A stretch of DNA of 63,821 nucleotides, filler included, from Reticulomyxa filosa (Eukaryota; Protista; Foraminifera): the NCBI GenBank assembly GCA_000512085.1. It is 14 parts of 14 records of this genome, joined end to end, with 100 filler letters (N's around TTAATTAATTAA, not from the genome) between each part and the next. Parts side by side here need not be neighbours in the genome. Positions count along the whole stretch, not along the records: positions 1 to 3,630 come from ASPP01028066.1; positions 3,731 to 5,807 come from ASPP01003440.1; positions 5,908 to 10,887 come from ASPP01024763.1; positions 10,988 to 33,525 come from ASPP01003559.1; 10 more parts are not named here. One strand, given 5' to 3'. This document shows, one piece after another, positions 1-12,433 of this stretch. Numbering within the stretch: the first letter of the stretch is position 1; each line of letters starts with the position of its first letter. The notes beneath the pieces are model-generated. The model worked only from the letters and a program-made list of their open reading frames with translations. It made no database searches and had not been told where the DNA came from. The translations under genes were made by a program, and so were the position numbers.

Positions 1-129
1 TAGTTATCTGACTTCAAATTATTTACAATCGAAACTGAAAAAAGTTTCCCTTGTGACCGTGTCATAGTTTATATTACTGAACTAATAATAATTTTGTTTC
101 TAAGCTCATCCAATCTAAACTACTCAATA

Positions 130-1000
130 TTTCCTTTACATTAACAGTTTGATTGATGGATTTCAAAAATAAATGGACATAATGGTTAGATATCTAGTTG
201 GTTACTTGAAGGAATTGCAATGAAATTGAATGAAACACAAATCGATTCTGTTTTCACATGTTTAATCAATGGACTCAAAGGTAACAGTAAATGGAATCGT
301 AACTTGTATGCAAAGTATATTGGATATCTTTCAATGAAATTAAACAAAAAGCAATTGGATGATATTTTTGAATGTTTGAACGGATTAAAAGATGAAAATG
401 AATGTGTGCTTTATGTGGAAAATCAATTGAAACAATTTCAACAAAATTGAGTGATAAAAAATTGGATAGATTTTTCAGTGCCTTCATTCATGGATTAAAA
501 GATATAAATAAATGAGGTCGTGGATCATGTGCAAAATCACTTGGCATAATTGCAACAAAAGTGAGTGAGAAACAACAACTGGAAAAAGTGTTCGACACTT
601 TGATGAGTGGGTTAAGAGATGAAAATAATTATGTTTGTATATCATATGCAAAATTCCTTGAAATAATTCCAAAAATTGAATGAGAAAAAACTGGAAAAAG
701 TTGTCAATGTTTTGATATTTGTTTTCAAATATTCGACCCAACACAAACAACGACTCATCTAAAGATGTATCATTGGTGGGATTACTTCGAAGAATATCAG
801 CGAAATTGAATGATAAACAATTGTATTTATTGGTGATACATTTGTTGGAAAGAGCGAAAAAGGGATATAAATAGTATGTTGAAATGCATTGCCAAAAATA
901 TTCGAAGATATGTGGAAACGTGCAACAATTGGTGGATTGAAAGAAAAATATTCAAATGAATAATAAAAGTACATTGATGAACGAAGGTATTGCGATTTCT
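130..1000 (+). pseudogene. Degenerate HEAT/PBS-lyase-like repeat protein
   Basis: Tandem ~39-aa units of the type KL-x-EKQLDxVFxCLxNGLKDxxxxVRxSCAKSLxxI, spread over several frames (MKLNETQIDSVFTCLINGLKG; MKLNKKQLDDIFECLNGLKDENE; GSCAKSLGIIATKVSEKQQLEKVFDTLMSGLRDENNYV), with frameshifts and stops between them. Boundaries approximate. Confidence 0.7.
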
Positions 1001-1515
1001 TTAAATTTCCAAATAAAAATAAGTCAAGAAATTGTATGTTATGTACCATAGGTACTTTTGGCATTAATGATATTGAAAGTTGAACGAATGCAAAAAAATT
1101 TTTGTCAATATCTTGTCATTGCTTTTTATGACAGGCAATGAGGCAATCCCCGGGATGCATTATAACTTGATCGTACGAAAGATTGTTATTTTTGCATGCT
1201 CAACGGCTACGAACACACTTGTGCTTGTTAGAAAGCATTTACTGATTCTGCTTTTTTCATTTAATTTTTTTTTATTGGAGATTTTGTATCCGTTCAGCCT
1301 TTTTATGTGAGCAGGCTGCAATTAACTTGAAAAAAATTTTTAAATGAGAAAAACGCAAACTTTTTTGTCTGTCTTGAACTATAGTGAATGTACATAAAAT
1401 ACAACAAATTACATGCTCCCAATAAACTTCGTATTTCTACAAATTGTTTGCCACAAATTTTTTAAATATATCTTAAAGTGGCTATAGGAGTGGAAGGGCA
1501 AACGGAAGAGAAAAT

Positions 1516-3028
1516 ATGAATGGAAAACTCTTGGCTATTCTCAGCAGCATGGAATTGTTGTTGGTATTTGTGACAATAAATGTATTAAATGCGCTCATGG
1601 TGGTGTCAAGCGCAAATAATGAATACATGCAGTTCAGCCTGGGACTTGAAGAACAGACAAATAGATTCGGATCATCACTACAATATAAATATATTGAAAA
1701 TGTCACGGAATACGTTAATCAACTACATGTGGAATTGGTAACATGGAAGTGTGCGCAATATCAACAAGTCAACAGCTTGACAGATGTGTCGATGGTGCCA
1801 ATGCAATTCAAAAACGAAATTATACGTATTCCACAGAACAAGCTGTCGATACGTCCAAAGAAATTTAAGAAGACATACGACAAAACGCCGACCGTGAGTA
1901 CTTTCACATCAAAACCACTGTCATACAGGTAAATAATGGTGATATAAAGATCAAATGGAAAAAAAAATATATCTATGAAAAAAAAGTGTAGATTTACTTA
2001 TAGCAAGATAGAGTAAGGATAGAAGGGATTGCACATATGATGTTTGATTAAAAAAAAAAATAGTACGTTTACGAATGGCGAAGTAGAAGTGATGACACCA
2101 CCATCGAATGAGATACAAATGGCGTCAACAAGAACGAGTATGATATTCGAAGCATTGTTCGCAGTCAATTGTCACTGGTACCACATTGGCGCAGACTCAG
2201 AGATAAAATGTAAACGCTATCTACTGTCGTCGCAAATTTATCATCACAAGGTATCGTCGTACAAATACTTGTCATCAACTTCGCCTGATATGTCGCAAGT
2301 GTTGGTCAAGCTGCAATGTTAATTGTTTTTTTTTCTTCTATTTTTTTTTTTAAAAACAAACAAAAAATTGTAACATATCATATGATAACTCAGATCGTCA
2401 AGATACATGCAATTTTGTGGTGACATTGCTAAGTGAAATATGGACATACAGCGATGGAGATTTCGACACATTGTTCGACAAGCTGAAATTGTTGGCACAA
2501 GTTGTGATGGAAAGCCAATCGCTATTGTCCAATTGTTCATTATATGCCCTTATGGTGATAGAAGCGCTGACGGCGCAAATTAGATATGGACATAACGTAA
2601 CCGACGAGCAATTTTGTTGCAAATCGGCCGTAATGTCTATTTTCTATTTGTGCGCAGAAGCGCCGCTTTCTACAATAAGTGGTATCAAATGGCACTTATG
2701 CAATCAACATCCACATAACGATATACACCAGTATGCTCGCTTGCCTCCACAATTTTCAGTTCATGCACATCACAGACCATTCACATACAACAACTCAAAT
2801 GGCATCAAATCTACATATCGGCCATATCATGTTGTTAAGTTATCTTTATTTTTTTTGTTTCTACGTTATTGACATTATCTTTTGGTTGTGACTTGATTAT
2901 AGTATACGTGTGGAACTTGTGATGGAAACAAAATGGCACAAATGACTGCATGGATTTGAGGAATCTACAACTTATCGTTGTGATTGCACAATGCGAGCGG
3001 TGCATTGCAAAACTGGGCACCATAGAAG
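1516..3028 (+). CDS. Multi-exon hypothetical protein, probably degenerate
   Basis: Collinear + strand ORFs 1516-1932, 2044-2322 and 2417-2872 separated by AT-rich GT..AG segments (e.g. donor ag|gtaaat at ~1929). No family recognised. Confidence 0.3.
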
Positions 3029-3049
3029 GTAAAATCTTTTCTTTTTGTT

Positions 3050-3610
3050 TATGTTCAAAATATAAGTATGTATTTGTGATTGTATCAATAGAACACCTAC
3101 TGTGATGAGAAAAAAAAAAGAAAATACGGGGTAGAAACCACCCCCGTCTCCGAAAGGAGAAATAATGGTTTGTTTTATTTGTCTTTTTTTAAAAAAAAAT
3201 ATGTTTAAATGTTGTGTGTTGTTAACATAGGTTCCTCCGTCCGCAAACATCGTTAAATACCTGTTCCCTCCCTTCACACAAAAGAAAAAAAAATAAGTGG
3301 TTGAACCTTACCCTGTGTCCTCAACGAGGAAAAATGGTTTGTTATTTTTATATTTATATATATGTAAATATATTCTTTTGATATATAATGTTGCTGTGTT
3401 TGTGATTCAATAGGTTCCCCATCAAAGAAAAAACATATGTATATATTTATTTGTTCCCCTCCCTAAAACAAAAAAAAATGTGTAAGTGTCTTCACAGGAA
3501 AAAATAGAAACGCAAACAAAGTTCCAAATAATTGTTATAAATATATTTTTTTTGACTGTTGTTTAAAAAATTATAAATGTAACTTTGTTTGTTTGTGCAA
3601 ATAGGTTCGA
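3050..3610. repeat. Dispersed repeat / paralogous segment, copy A (partner at ~47070-47560)
   Basis: Shares TACGG(G/T)GTAGAA..CCAC..CCGTCTCCGAAAGGAGAAA, GGTTGAAC..TACCC and AATAGG..TTCCCCATC..AAAGAAAAA blocks, in the same order, with copy B. Confidence 0.75.
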
Positions 3611-3630
3611 CGTGACAAAGACGTAGTAGT

Positions 3631-3730
3631 NNNNNNNNNNNNNNNNNNNNNNNNNNNNNNNNNNNNNNNNNNNNTTAATTAATTAANNNNNNNNNNNNNN
3701 NNNNNNNNNNNNNNNNNNNNNNNNNNNNNN
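3631..3730. other. Artificial contig linker (first of 13)
   Basis: N44-TTAATTAATTAA-N44. Identical linkers at 5808-5907, 10888-10987, 33526-33625, 38510-38609, 41290-41389, 43436-43535, 45955-46054, 50331-50430, 52791-52890, 58652-58751, 60648-60747 and 62475-62574. Confidence 0.99.
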
Positions 3731-3880
3731 AACATACGTACATATTAGGCATACATAATGTACGTATACACATGCTAATGTTACATTGTAATCCCTTTTT
3801 TTCCCACTTTTTAATTTGTTGAATTGCATACCGATTTTTGACAGCTTAAAAAAAAAAAAAAATCTGCTGACTTTTTGCAG

Positions 3881-5689
3881 ATGTGATCAAATACATTGGG
3901 AAAGACGATTGGTTAGGCATTGAATTGGATGAATTTAATAGGAAAGGTCACAATGGTAACAACTACTTTACCACCAAAGAGGACCATGGCTTGTTTGTCA
4001 AACGACTGGAGAATGGCAGCCACAATGAAGAAGTATTTTTCGAAGTGGGCGATTGTAATCTTGCTTAAAGACAAAACCCACAGGGTCAGTCTCAGATTTT
4101 TTTTTTTCTAAACACTTTCTCAGCTTTAAGCATTCCAAATTTGGGTATATCCAAAAAATGCATATATAAATATACTTATATATACATATATATGTCCATA
4201 TTGGACAAGCCAACATGTTAAATGTGTCAATTGTTGGATTGAAGCCACTTGAGCATATTGCAAATGGTGGCAATGGAAGATTTCGAGAACAAAGGTACAA
4301 ACACTGAAAAGTCTTTGTTTTGTTTTGAAAAGAAGAGAAAAGAAATGTGAACGTAGGATGTATTGACAAAACAATCTTATTTGATGACTGAATGAAAAAA
4401 AAAGAAAAGATACTTTAAATGCAAACCGGGACAAGGTTACTTTGCATGTGTGTCGGCAATGTGGACTCAATAGTGAAAATGTGTGCAGAAGTGCCAAAGG
4501 TGAAACAGTCCGAAACAATCCCCAGAAGACCTGGAAATGGAACCTCCTGCAAATTATCAGTCGACGGATAGATCGGGTATGATGATTACCGAAGATAAGA
4601 ATGCGCAAGACGACGAGTTTGAATTGAATCGTCAGTTTACCACCATCAGCAAAGATGGAAGAAAAAATTAAAAGAGTTGAGCTCTTTTTTTTGGAGACAC
4701 GTTATATTTTGTAAGAACATTTTTGGATTGAAACTGTTATGGGGTTTTAGATTATCAGATTACTTTGGCACCGAAGGTGACGAAAATGCGGACAATGGGA
4801 CGAAAAATGGAAAGCGGTACTTGAGTTGCAAAACCGGATAAGGACTCAAAAAGACATTAGCAAGGTTTTGAAGGTCCCTTCCAACCTAAATGTATTTGGA
4901 CCAGAATTATCTGTTGAACGAAGAGTACGATCCGCGAACGAGCAATAGAGTCAACATGGAAGAACAGCTCGAGATTTTGGAAGAAAAAGAGAAGGAGTTG
5001 CAAAAAAGGAGGAATTTTGTAAGGTGATTGAAAAATTGCTAGTGAATGATCATATTGAAATGGCTGCAAGACGAACAGGTTTATTTTTGTCATTTATAAT
5101 TTTGTTTTGTTTATTCAAATGAACAAATGACATAATAATAAAATATATATACATATACATATATATATATATATGTATATATGAAAGGAATCAATAGCAA
5201 TGAGAACATTAGAATCGATTTGGATAAACCACTTGCCCAAGGCCATGATGGCAAAGACAAGCTTTCTATGAGACACGGCTACGGAATGTTTGTGACGACG
5301 AAAGACATTCACAAAGTGTTCCTGCAATTGTCCGAACTGAGCTTGCATGCAGCGATGCAATCGAATCGCGAATTTGTGGCTCATCCAAGGTAATAGAGTC
5401 ATCCTCGATGCAGGCGTGTTGTGGGGTCGTTCAGCTTTGATGGCCGAGAAATGTTTCGCATTTTGTTGGAGAATTGATCGCCCAATGGTCGCAAGCTTGC
5501 TTTGAGTCAGTGAAGGAGAATGTGAAAAGCGACAAGCGACTGAAGTTAGTGGAATTGAAACCTGTCAATGAAGACGAAGCAAAGTCCGTTCAAATATATC
5601 AAGGTGATAATGGAATGTGTCCTGATTTGCCATCCAAACACCGTCACATAAGAAACACCCATTTCATGGTGGGAATGACCAAGATGTGA
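3881..5689 (+). pseudogene. Multi-CAP-Gly domain protein, degenerate
   Basis: CAP-Gly motif VIKYIGKDDWLGIELDEFNRKGHNGNNYFTTKEDHGLFVK at 3883-4010. Further eroded copies: IVGLKPLEHIANGGNGRFREQRY (~4230-4300), DNGTKNGKRYLSCKTG*GL (~4790-4850, in-frame TAA) and IRIDLDKPLAQGHDG..HGYGMFV (5181-5300). Confidence 0.7.
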
Positions 5690-5907
5690 AAGAGACCAGC
5701 ACAATGTACAAAGACAAAGAATTTTCAGTATTATTTGTGTTGGACAGAAAAACATTGTCGAATTGGATAAGTGAATATAATTGCTATTTGAACACACATC
5801 ACATTTANNNNNNNNNNNNNNNNNNNNNNNNNNNNNNNNNNNNNNNNNNNNTTAATTAATTAANNNNNNNNNNNNNNNNNNNNNNNNNNNNNNNNNNNNN
5901 NNNNNNN

Positions 5908-6297
5908 AAGGACAAGGACAAGAACAAGAACAAGAACAAGGACAAGAACAAGGGGCGCAAAAAAAAGAAGCAATGCAAGCACGAATAAAAATGGAAGAAT
6001 TGATAAGACAAATGAGTGCATGCAACCGAGATGCCAAAAGAAGGAAAAAGAACGAAAGAAACAATTGAAGCGTAGATTGGAAGACATGAGAAAGGGACAA
6101 GAGCAAGAAAGTGGCGATGAGGAGAACATGGAGCCGCCTTATAAGCGAGCGAAGAGCATAATGACCTACCAGCCGCTCGTCGTTCAAAGCAATGGTTTGC
6201 AAAAAAAAAGAAAAGAAAGCCAGAAATGGCACACAAAGAAGCAAGCATCGTTCAACAGCGATTGGAAAGAGAAAGAGAAAGGAAGCAATAATAACAA

Positions 6298-6330
<33 letters not shown>

Positions 6331-8010
6331 TAGCAATAGCAATAGTAATAGCAACAGCAATAAGCATAACAATAGGAACAAAGACAAGAACAACAGCAAA
6401 AAGAAAACGAAAACAAAGACCAAAGATAAAAACAAGAGTAAAAGTAGCAATGAATATAACAGCAAAAATGGAGGAAGAAGAGGAGAAGAAGAAGAAGAAG
6501 AAGAAGATGAAGATGATGACGATGACGATGATGACAACGATGAAGAGGAGGAGGAGGATGATGACGATGAGGAAGATGACGAGGATGAAGATGAGGATGA
6601 TGATGATGAGGACGAAGAAGATGACGAAGACAGCGAGGAGGAAGAGGACAACTACAAGAACAAGAACAAGGACAAGGACAAGGACAAGGACAAGAACAAG
6701 GACGGCAAAGAGGAGAAGAATGACAAGAGTGATGAGATTGAGAGCAAACATAAGCATAGGAAATACAGCAAGAACAAGCGCTACCAATGGAACTTGTTGA
6801 CAAGCAACAGCGATATACTCGAAAAGATGAAGAAAATTCGCGCCAACCAAAAAAAAAACCGCAAAGAGGCGCACGGCGAAATGACCCGCGATGCGTTTGT
6901 AGCTTCGCGTAAAAAAATACAGCACTCGCAATTGGAGACGACCAGGGATTGGTTCAGTCTTTGCATTAAGAAGTTCGAGGAAATTGTCAACGATATCAAA
7001 CAAAGTCCTTTTGCAACGTTACACCGTGGCGAGCCAACAAATGAGCTTGCACAGTTCGAACAAGAGTTGTCCGTGTTGAAGCCTATGAAACCTAGTGTTT
7101 TTCAAAGATTGTTTCGACTGTTACGTTGTGCACTTGTGAATGTTTTATTTCTATTGATTTGGTTTATTTCCATTTTAGTCTTGTTAATTAATGCACAAAT
7201 AAATAAATAAATAAATAAATAAACAAACAAACAAACAAACAAACATCGTTCAACAGACTGTTCGAGTTTTCCCAATTGCTCAAACAAAACCCAAACGCTG
7301 TCACATGGAAAAACTCTCGTCTATTGAAGTCCGTATACAAAGCAGCTTATCGCAAACAACAAGCCATGATCCGATTGTATCCGCACATCTCCATCTTTGA
7401 TTTTTCGCCTTTCCAACCTGAGCGATCCCATCCAGTCTTTGAACTGTCTTGCTCGGTGCGCGCACTACAGCCAGAGCCTGAAGGAGATGAAAAAGAAAAT
7501 GCAAATTTAAATGCAAATGATCATGATCATGACAATGAAAAACAAGAATACGAGAAATGCTTTTCATCCAATATCTTTGCAATAAATAATGAGGAGTCTG
7601 TCGTGGGTGCTGATATTTCGCTCGCCAATGGCTCTGCTCAATCACTTAAAGCAAATCAATGTTCCAATACGAAGACAGAAAAAAGTAAAGCAGGTCAAAC
7701 AAAACTCATACATTTGATGGTGTGATTGATGATAACAATAACAATAACAATAACACAATACAAAAACGTGTGTTATTTGTACAACAACAAAAAAAAAAAA
7801 AAAAAAAAACGAAAGAATGCCATTTACGCTTTTTTGATAATAAAAACTTGTCGTATGATCTTCAATGTCTTCGTTCTCCGGAAGAACTTCGAAAAATTGA
7901 TCTGCAAAAACTGATTCAAAAAGTCGTGACTATCAAGGATCCACATGCATTGGCCATTCTATCCAAATACGTTGTGTTTGATCCTTCTTTGGCACAAAAA
8001 CAGGGGTCCT

Positions 8011-8047
<37 letters not shown>

Positions 8048-8968
8048 ACAAGACAAAGAGATGTCAGATTTGACAAAGACAACACGAACGAATGCCAACA
8101 ACTCAACTGTTCATGGCTATTGCTACGTTCCGGACAAATACAAACACAAGCTCATTTCAGCGTTGATGAAACATCAATACAAACAATTGCGACGAACAAA
8201 ACACTCAAAACTATTTCAAGGGATACCAATACCACAGCCGCCACCACCAAGACCGGATAAAGTCAGTCCAATTTACGTTATTATATCATAGCTGTTTTCT
8301 TTTTTTTTATTGTAGAGTAGCATATAAAACATAATATATATGTATATATGTATATAAACACAAACACAAAAGAACAAGTCAACTTCACAATCATTTGTCG
8401 CAAATGTGTGTGTGAATTACAATTGGAATAATTACTGTCAAGCAGCAGACAATTGCAGTAAGCTGCATATGTGCTCCGGCTGCAAGGGCGATCATCCGGC
8501 TCGGTTGTGCAATCAATGCTGCGTATTGTTCAACTGGGCAAAGTGTCAGAAATACTGTCCTCACCAAAAAAAGTTAATGTGTTCAAAACAACTTTTATAC
8601 ATTCCATAAATAGGCTATTCGTTGAATGTGATGCAAAATATGTGCATGTATATAGTCATCGTTGCTTGGCATGTGGCTCCAGGTATCATGCAGCGTGGAA
8701 GTGTCTTAATTTGTCCTATTACGTGAAAGATCGATATTACTATATCTACAAATACCAAAAAATTAAAAAAGGATTCTTTGCAGAAGAATCTAACAAAGAA
8801 GCAGAACGATTGATCCAAGAACAAATGGACTTTCGAAGAAAATCGGTTTTTTCCAAACACAACAAAGGGGAAAGTAGAAGCACCACCAGCACCGCTAACG
8901 GACCTCCTGACTCCAAAAATACTCAAAAATCTCATTCCAAATCCAAAACTAAACCCTATGTTGTTTAA
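5908..8968 (+). CDS. Multi-exon low-complexity acidic protein with C-terminal CCCH/CCHC zinc fingers (5' truncated)
   Basis: ORFs 6020-7210, 7276-7725, 7722-8291, 8406-8609 and 8471-8968 can be joined by GT-AG introns (e.g. 8573-8655). NS-repeat, poly-E/D and DK-repeat tracts. C-x8-C-x5-C-x3-H followed by C-x2-C-x3-H-x4-C, then a second similar pair. Confidence 0.7.
6288..6705 (+). repeat. Coding microsatellite tracts (AACAGC)n, (GAA/GAT/GAC/GAG)n, (GACAAG/AACAAG)n
   Basis: Directly visible. They encode NSNSNS, poly-Glu/Asp and DKDKNK runs. Confidence 0.9.
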
Positions 8969-9940
8969 TCGCAGCTGTTAGCTGTCTTTTTTAAAAAAAA
9001 GACAAATGTTCTATTTAAATAAAAGCAAAAATTGTTCGAACGGTACAATGTGCAGTGCTAGTGCTATTTTTTGTCTACTTGCTTTTTTTTCTTTTTATAA
9101 GTTCCTTGTTCTCACGTTTTGATGTGTGAAAAAAGCGTTGCTGTAAGTTTTGCAAAAGGGGGATCTATTGTGATCCGGAGATCAAACAAATTCATGTTGT
9201 CTTTTTTCGTTTGCCTTTGTTGTGTTGTGGTGCCGTATGAAAATTTGGCAATTGTCATTCTTGTTTCTATTCCGACTCTACTTAAGATTGGTCCAAATGA
9301 TTTTTTGTTTTCATTTTAATTGCGTTGTTGATTGTGATAGTCATTGCCAAATTTTATTGAACCAATTATTTTGTTGCCGATTTACATTAAAAAATAAAAT
9401 ACTTCCTTTTTGTTTCAAGAATTTTATTCGTTCATCTTTTGCGAATGGCTTGATTTTATTAACTTCTCATCCATTGTGTCTATGGTTTTCCCTTTTTCAT
9501 TGTTCAAAACTTGTGTACACAATTTAAATTCTCCTTATCACGCTTTTCAAAGGCTTCAATTGTTTTAGGGATTTTACAACGACAAAAGAAAGATGATATA
9601 AAATACCCATTTGGCTATTAAAATTCATGGAATTGAAAGAGAGGAATAGTTACTCAAGGGCAAAACAAGTGCAAGTAAAAAATTGAGGATTGTCAGAAAT
9701 CTTCCCACCAAATTTTAAAACAAAATAAAAAAGAGTTAAAAAAGATAAGAATAAAAAATAAAACACAAATTCAATTCGTCTTTATTCTTGTTGGTATTTG
9801 TTGTTTTCACAGTTCTTCAGTAAGTGCTTTGTTCCATCGTTGATTGGGCACACAAACAACAAAGTTTCCTTTGTCGTTCTCGACTACTTGCCTCAACAAG
9901 TTTCCTAACATATATTCATCCACACATCAATAGTATACTA

Positions 9941-10462
9941 TCAAATTTTGCACAGCACACATAAAAAAGGAAAGCTTACTAAACGAGAATCCTTTCCCTC
10001 TATATTTTCTAGAGCGTTATCTTCATTAGAGTTTGATTCAAAATTTTTTTCAAATTTGTCTTCCCATCTTCCTGTGTCTGCGTTTTTTTTGTTGGCTTGC
10101 TCGTTGCTAGTGTGCCTATTTCTTTTACTTCTGCTTCTGCTTTTTTTGTTTTCTTTTCTTCTCTCTTTTTGCTTTTTTCTTTCTTTCTCTTTTTCCTTTT
10201 CTTTGTCTCTGTCTCTGTCTCCGTGTCCGTTTTTTTTTTTGCATTTACTTTTATTTGTGCTGTCGACTTTGTCTTGCTCACTTGTTTTCCGAGTAACACT
10301 TGTTATTGTTGTATCATTTTCTTTCTTTTTTTTTTTATTTTCTTGTTGAGTTTGCAAATACTTTTCTTTTGCTATAAATTCTAAAAACAACAACCGGAGA
10401 TATGACTTTTTCAAATCTTTTAGTGCATCTTCATTCTTAAATTTTTCCATTAATGCTGGCAC
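9941..10462 (-). CDS. Exon of a lysine/arginine-rich hypothetical protein
   Basis: 173-aa ORF flanked by a plausible acceptor (aatag| at ~10463) and donor (gtaagc at ~9978). Neighbouring exons not resolved; no family recognised. Confidence 0.45.
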   Translation of the reverse strand: MPALMEKFKNEDALKDLKKSYLRLLFLEFIAKEKYLQTQQENKKKKKENDTTITSVTRKTSEQDKVDSTNKSKCKKKNGHGDRDRDKEKEKEKERKKQKERRKENKKSRSRSKRNRHTSNEQANKKNADTGRWEDKFEKNFESNSNEDNALENIEGKDSRLVSFPFLCVLCKI

Positions 10463-11089
10463 CTATTGTTTTGTTTTGATGGTTGGGATTGTTTTTTTAA
10501 TTTTCAAGGGACATAAAGCCAACACTCAAACAACACACTAGTGGCAAAGTACTTTTTCTTGGACCGGTTATTTCAAAAGATTACAAAAAACAAAAAAAAC
10601 TGTTTGTTTTTCTTTAATTTGTTTACCTGGTCGTCAACACAAACGGAAAATTGTTGTAATTTTAAAACATTTTTTTAATATTTGCTTGGTTGTTTTTAAT
10701 TTCTCGTCCATCGTCCAGCAAAAGTCCTCAAAAATGTCACTCGCTCGCCTTTCTTGTTTCTCAGACACAAACACCTTGTATCTGTCCGCTCATTGTTATC
10801 GGTCATTTTTTTTAAATAAGTTTATGCATGGCCGTTGCATTTAACAAAACAGGCGGAAAGTGTAAGGAGCGCGAAAGCAAAAAAGTCNNNNNNNNNNNNN
10901 NNNNNNNNNNNNNNNNNNNNNNNNNNNNNNNTTAATTAATTAANNNNNNNNNNNNNNNNNNNNNNNNNNNNNNNNNNNNNNNNNNNNAATCTAATTTTCA
11001 TATAAAATATATAAAAGTTTTGTATTATATTATATAAATATACATATATTTATTTATTAATAAATTATAATAAATAATATTTTATACAT

Positions 11090-12264
11090 AAAAGAAACAA
11101 AAAGATGTTGAAATAATAACTCAAAATTGGATTAAAAATTTATCTATTAATATTGGATGGATTAATGATTTTAATATTATTACTAGATATTTGTTAATGA
11201 AATATTATAAACCATTTAAAATATTTAATGATGAATGTATTAGTATGAATAATAGTTTAAAATTTTCTTCAGACTCAACTAAGATAGATGTCATAATTGT
11301 ACAATACAAATTTGGGATATAACATTAAAAAAACCAAAACAAATAAAAATATTAAAGGGATATTCTAGTATTATTAGATATGCAGAATTTTCTTTTGCTA
11401 ATACAGTAAGTTGCAAAGAAAACTGAACGCCTAAAACATATATTATGATGATAATTGATTTTATCAATGAAAAATCAACATAATTTTTTTTAAAAAAATA
11501 GCTACAAGTATTGTAGTTTTTAAATATGATATTGATTTTTCATTGATAAAATCAATTATCATAATAATATATGTTTTAGGCGTTCAGTTTTCTTTGCAAC
11601 TTACTGAAGTATGATATTATCTTGTTCTAATGATAAAACAATTAGATTATGGGATATAAAATCAAAAAAATATAAACAAATACAAATATTTATTGGACAT
11701 ACAAAAGTTGTTTCAAATGTACATTTTTCACCAAAAGAAAATATTATAGCATCAAGTTCTTGGATAAAACAAATATTATTTATTTCTTGTGAATGTCCTA
11801 ATAATTGTTTAATTTGTTTAACACTATTAATATCCCATAAACGATTGTTTTTCATATCATCTTCAAATGATTTAACTTTATGTTTATGGAATATTCATTT
11901 AGGTATTAAATTATTAACTTTATATGGGCACACAATATATTACAAAAACTAAAATAATTTTATTTTATCTTGTTCTGCTGATCATACTATTCAATTATGG
12001 AATATTTTATCTAAACAATGTTTTATTACTTTTTTAAGTCATTCTGATATTATTAGAGATATTTCTCTTTCTTCTGATTCACAAATTATTATTTCCTGTT
12101 CTGATGATAAAATTGTTCGATTATGGGATATTCCGTTACAAATTGAAACACAAATATTACATTCCAATTTTATAAAAATATCTTGTATAGATATTTCATC
12201 AGATAATCATTTTATTGTATCAACATCTAAAGATGAAACTGTTAGATTATGGAAAAGATTATAA
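11090..12264 (+). pseudogene. WD40-repeat pseudogene interrupted by a MITE
   Basis: WD units ILSCSNDKTIRLWD..GHTKVVSNVHFSP, ISSSNDLTLCLWN..LYGH, ILSCSADHTIQLWN, ISCSDDKIVRLWD, VSTSKDETVRLW. Lineage-type N-terminal motif IITQNWIKNLSINIGWINDFN. Several frameshifts. Confidence 0.85.
11404..11606. mobile_element. 203-bp MITE with ~75-bp terminal inverted repeats (Tc1/mariner/pogo-type CAGT ends, TA target)
   Basis: 11404-11478 (CAGTAAGTTGCAAAGAAAACTGAACGCCTAAAAC...) is the reverse complement of 11532-11606 with one mismatch. TA on the left, AA (mutated TSD) on the right. Excising it restores the WD40 frame AEFSFANSMILSCSNDKTIRLWD. Confidence 0.9.
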
Positions 12265-12433
12265 AAATATTTTATTTATTACAATCTGGTTAGTTGTGTG
12301 TAGAAAAGATTGTTAATTACATTAAGTGTAACACGAATAGTTGCTATTTCAGCTATTTTCAATGAAATGAAAATTAATCAAATAAAAAGTATATTCACAC
12401 TGAATTTGCCATTTCGTTGCTCTAAATTAAACG

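Noticed and set aside
3098-3160. Hammerhead ribozyme or C/D snoRNA suggested by TGTGATGA..GAAA..GTC
   Set aside because: The core is not CTGATGA, stems I-III cannot be built, the second copy has TGTGATAA, and there is no properly placed D box.
5852-7003. Long hydrophobic minus-strand ORFs (poly-L/V/S/C) suggesting membrane proteins
   Set aside because: Antisense shadows of the microsatellite-coded N/S/D/E/K tracts of the plus-strand gene.
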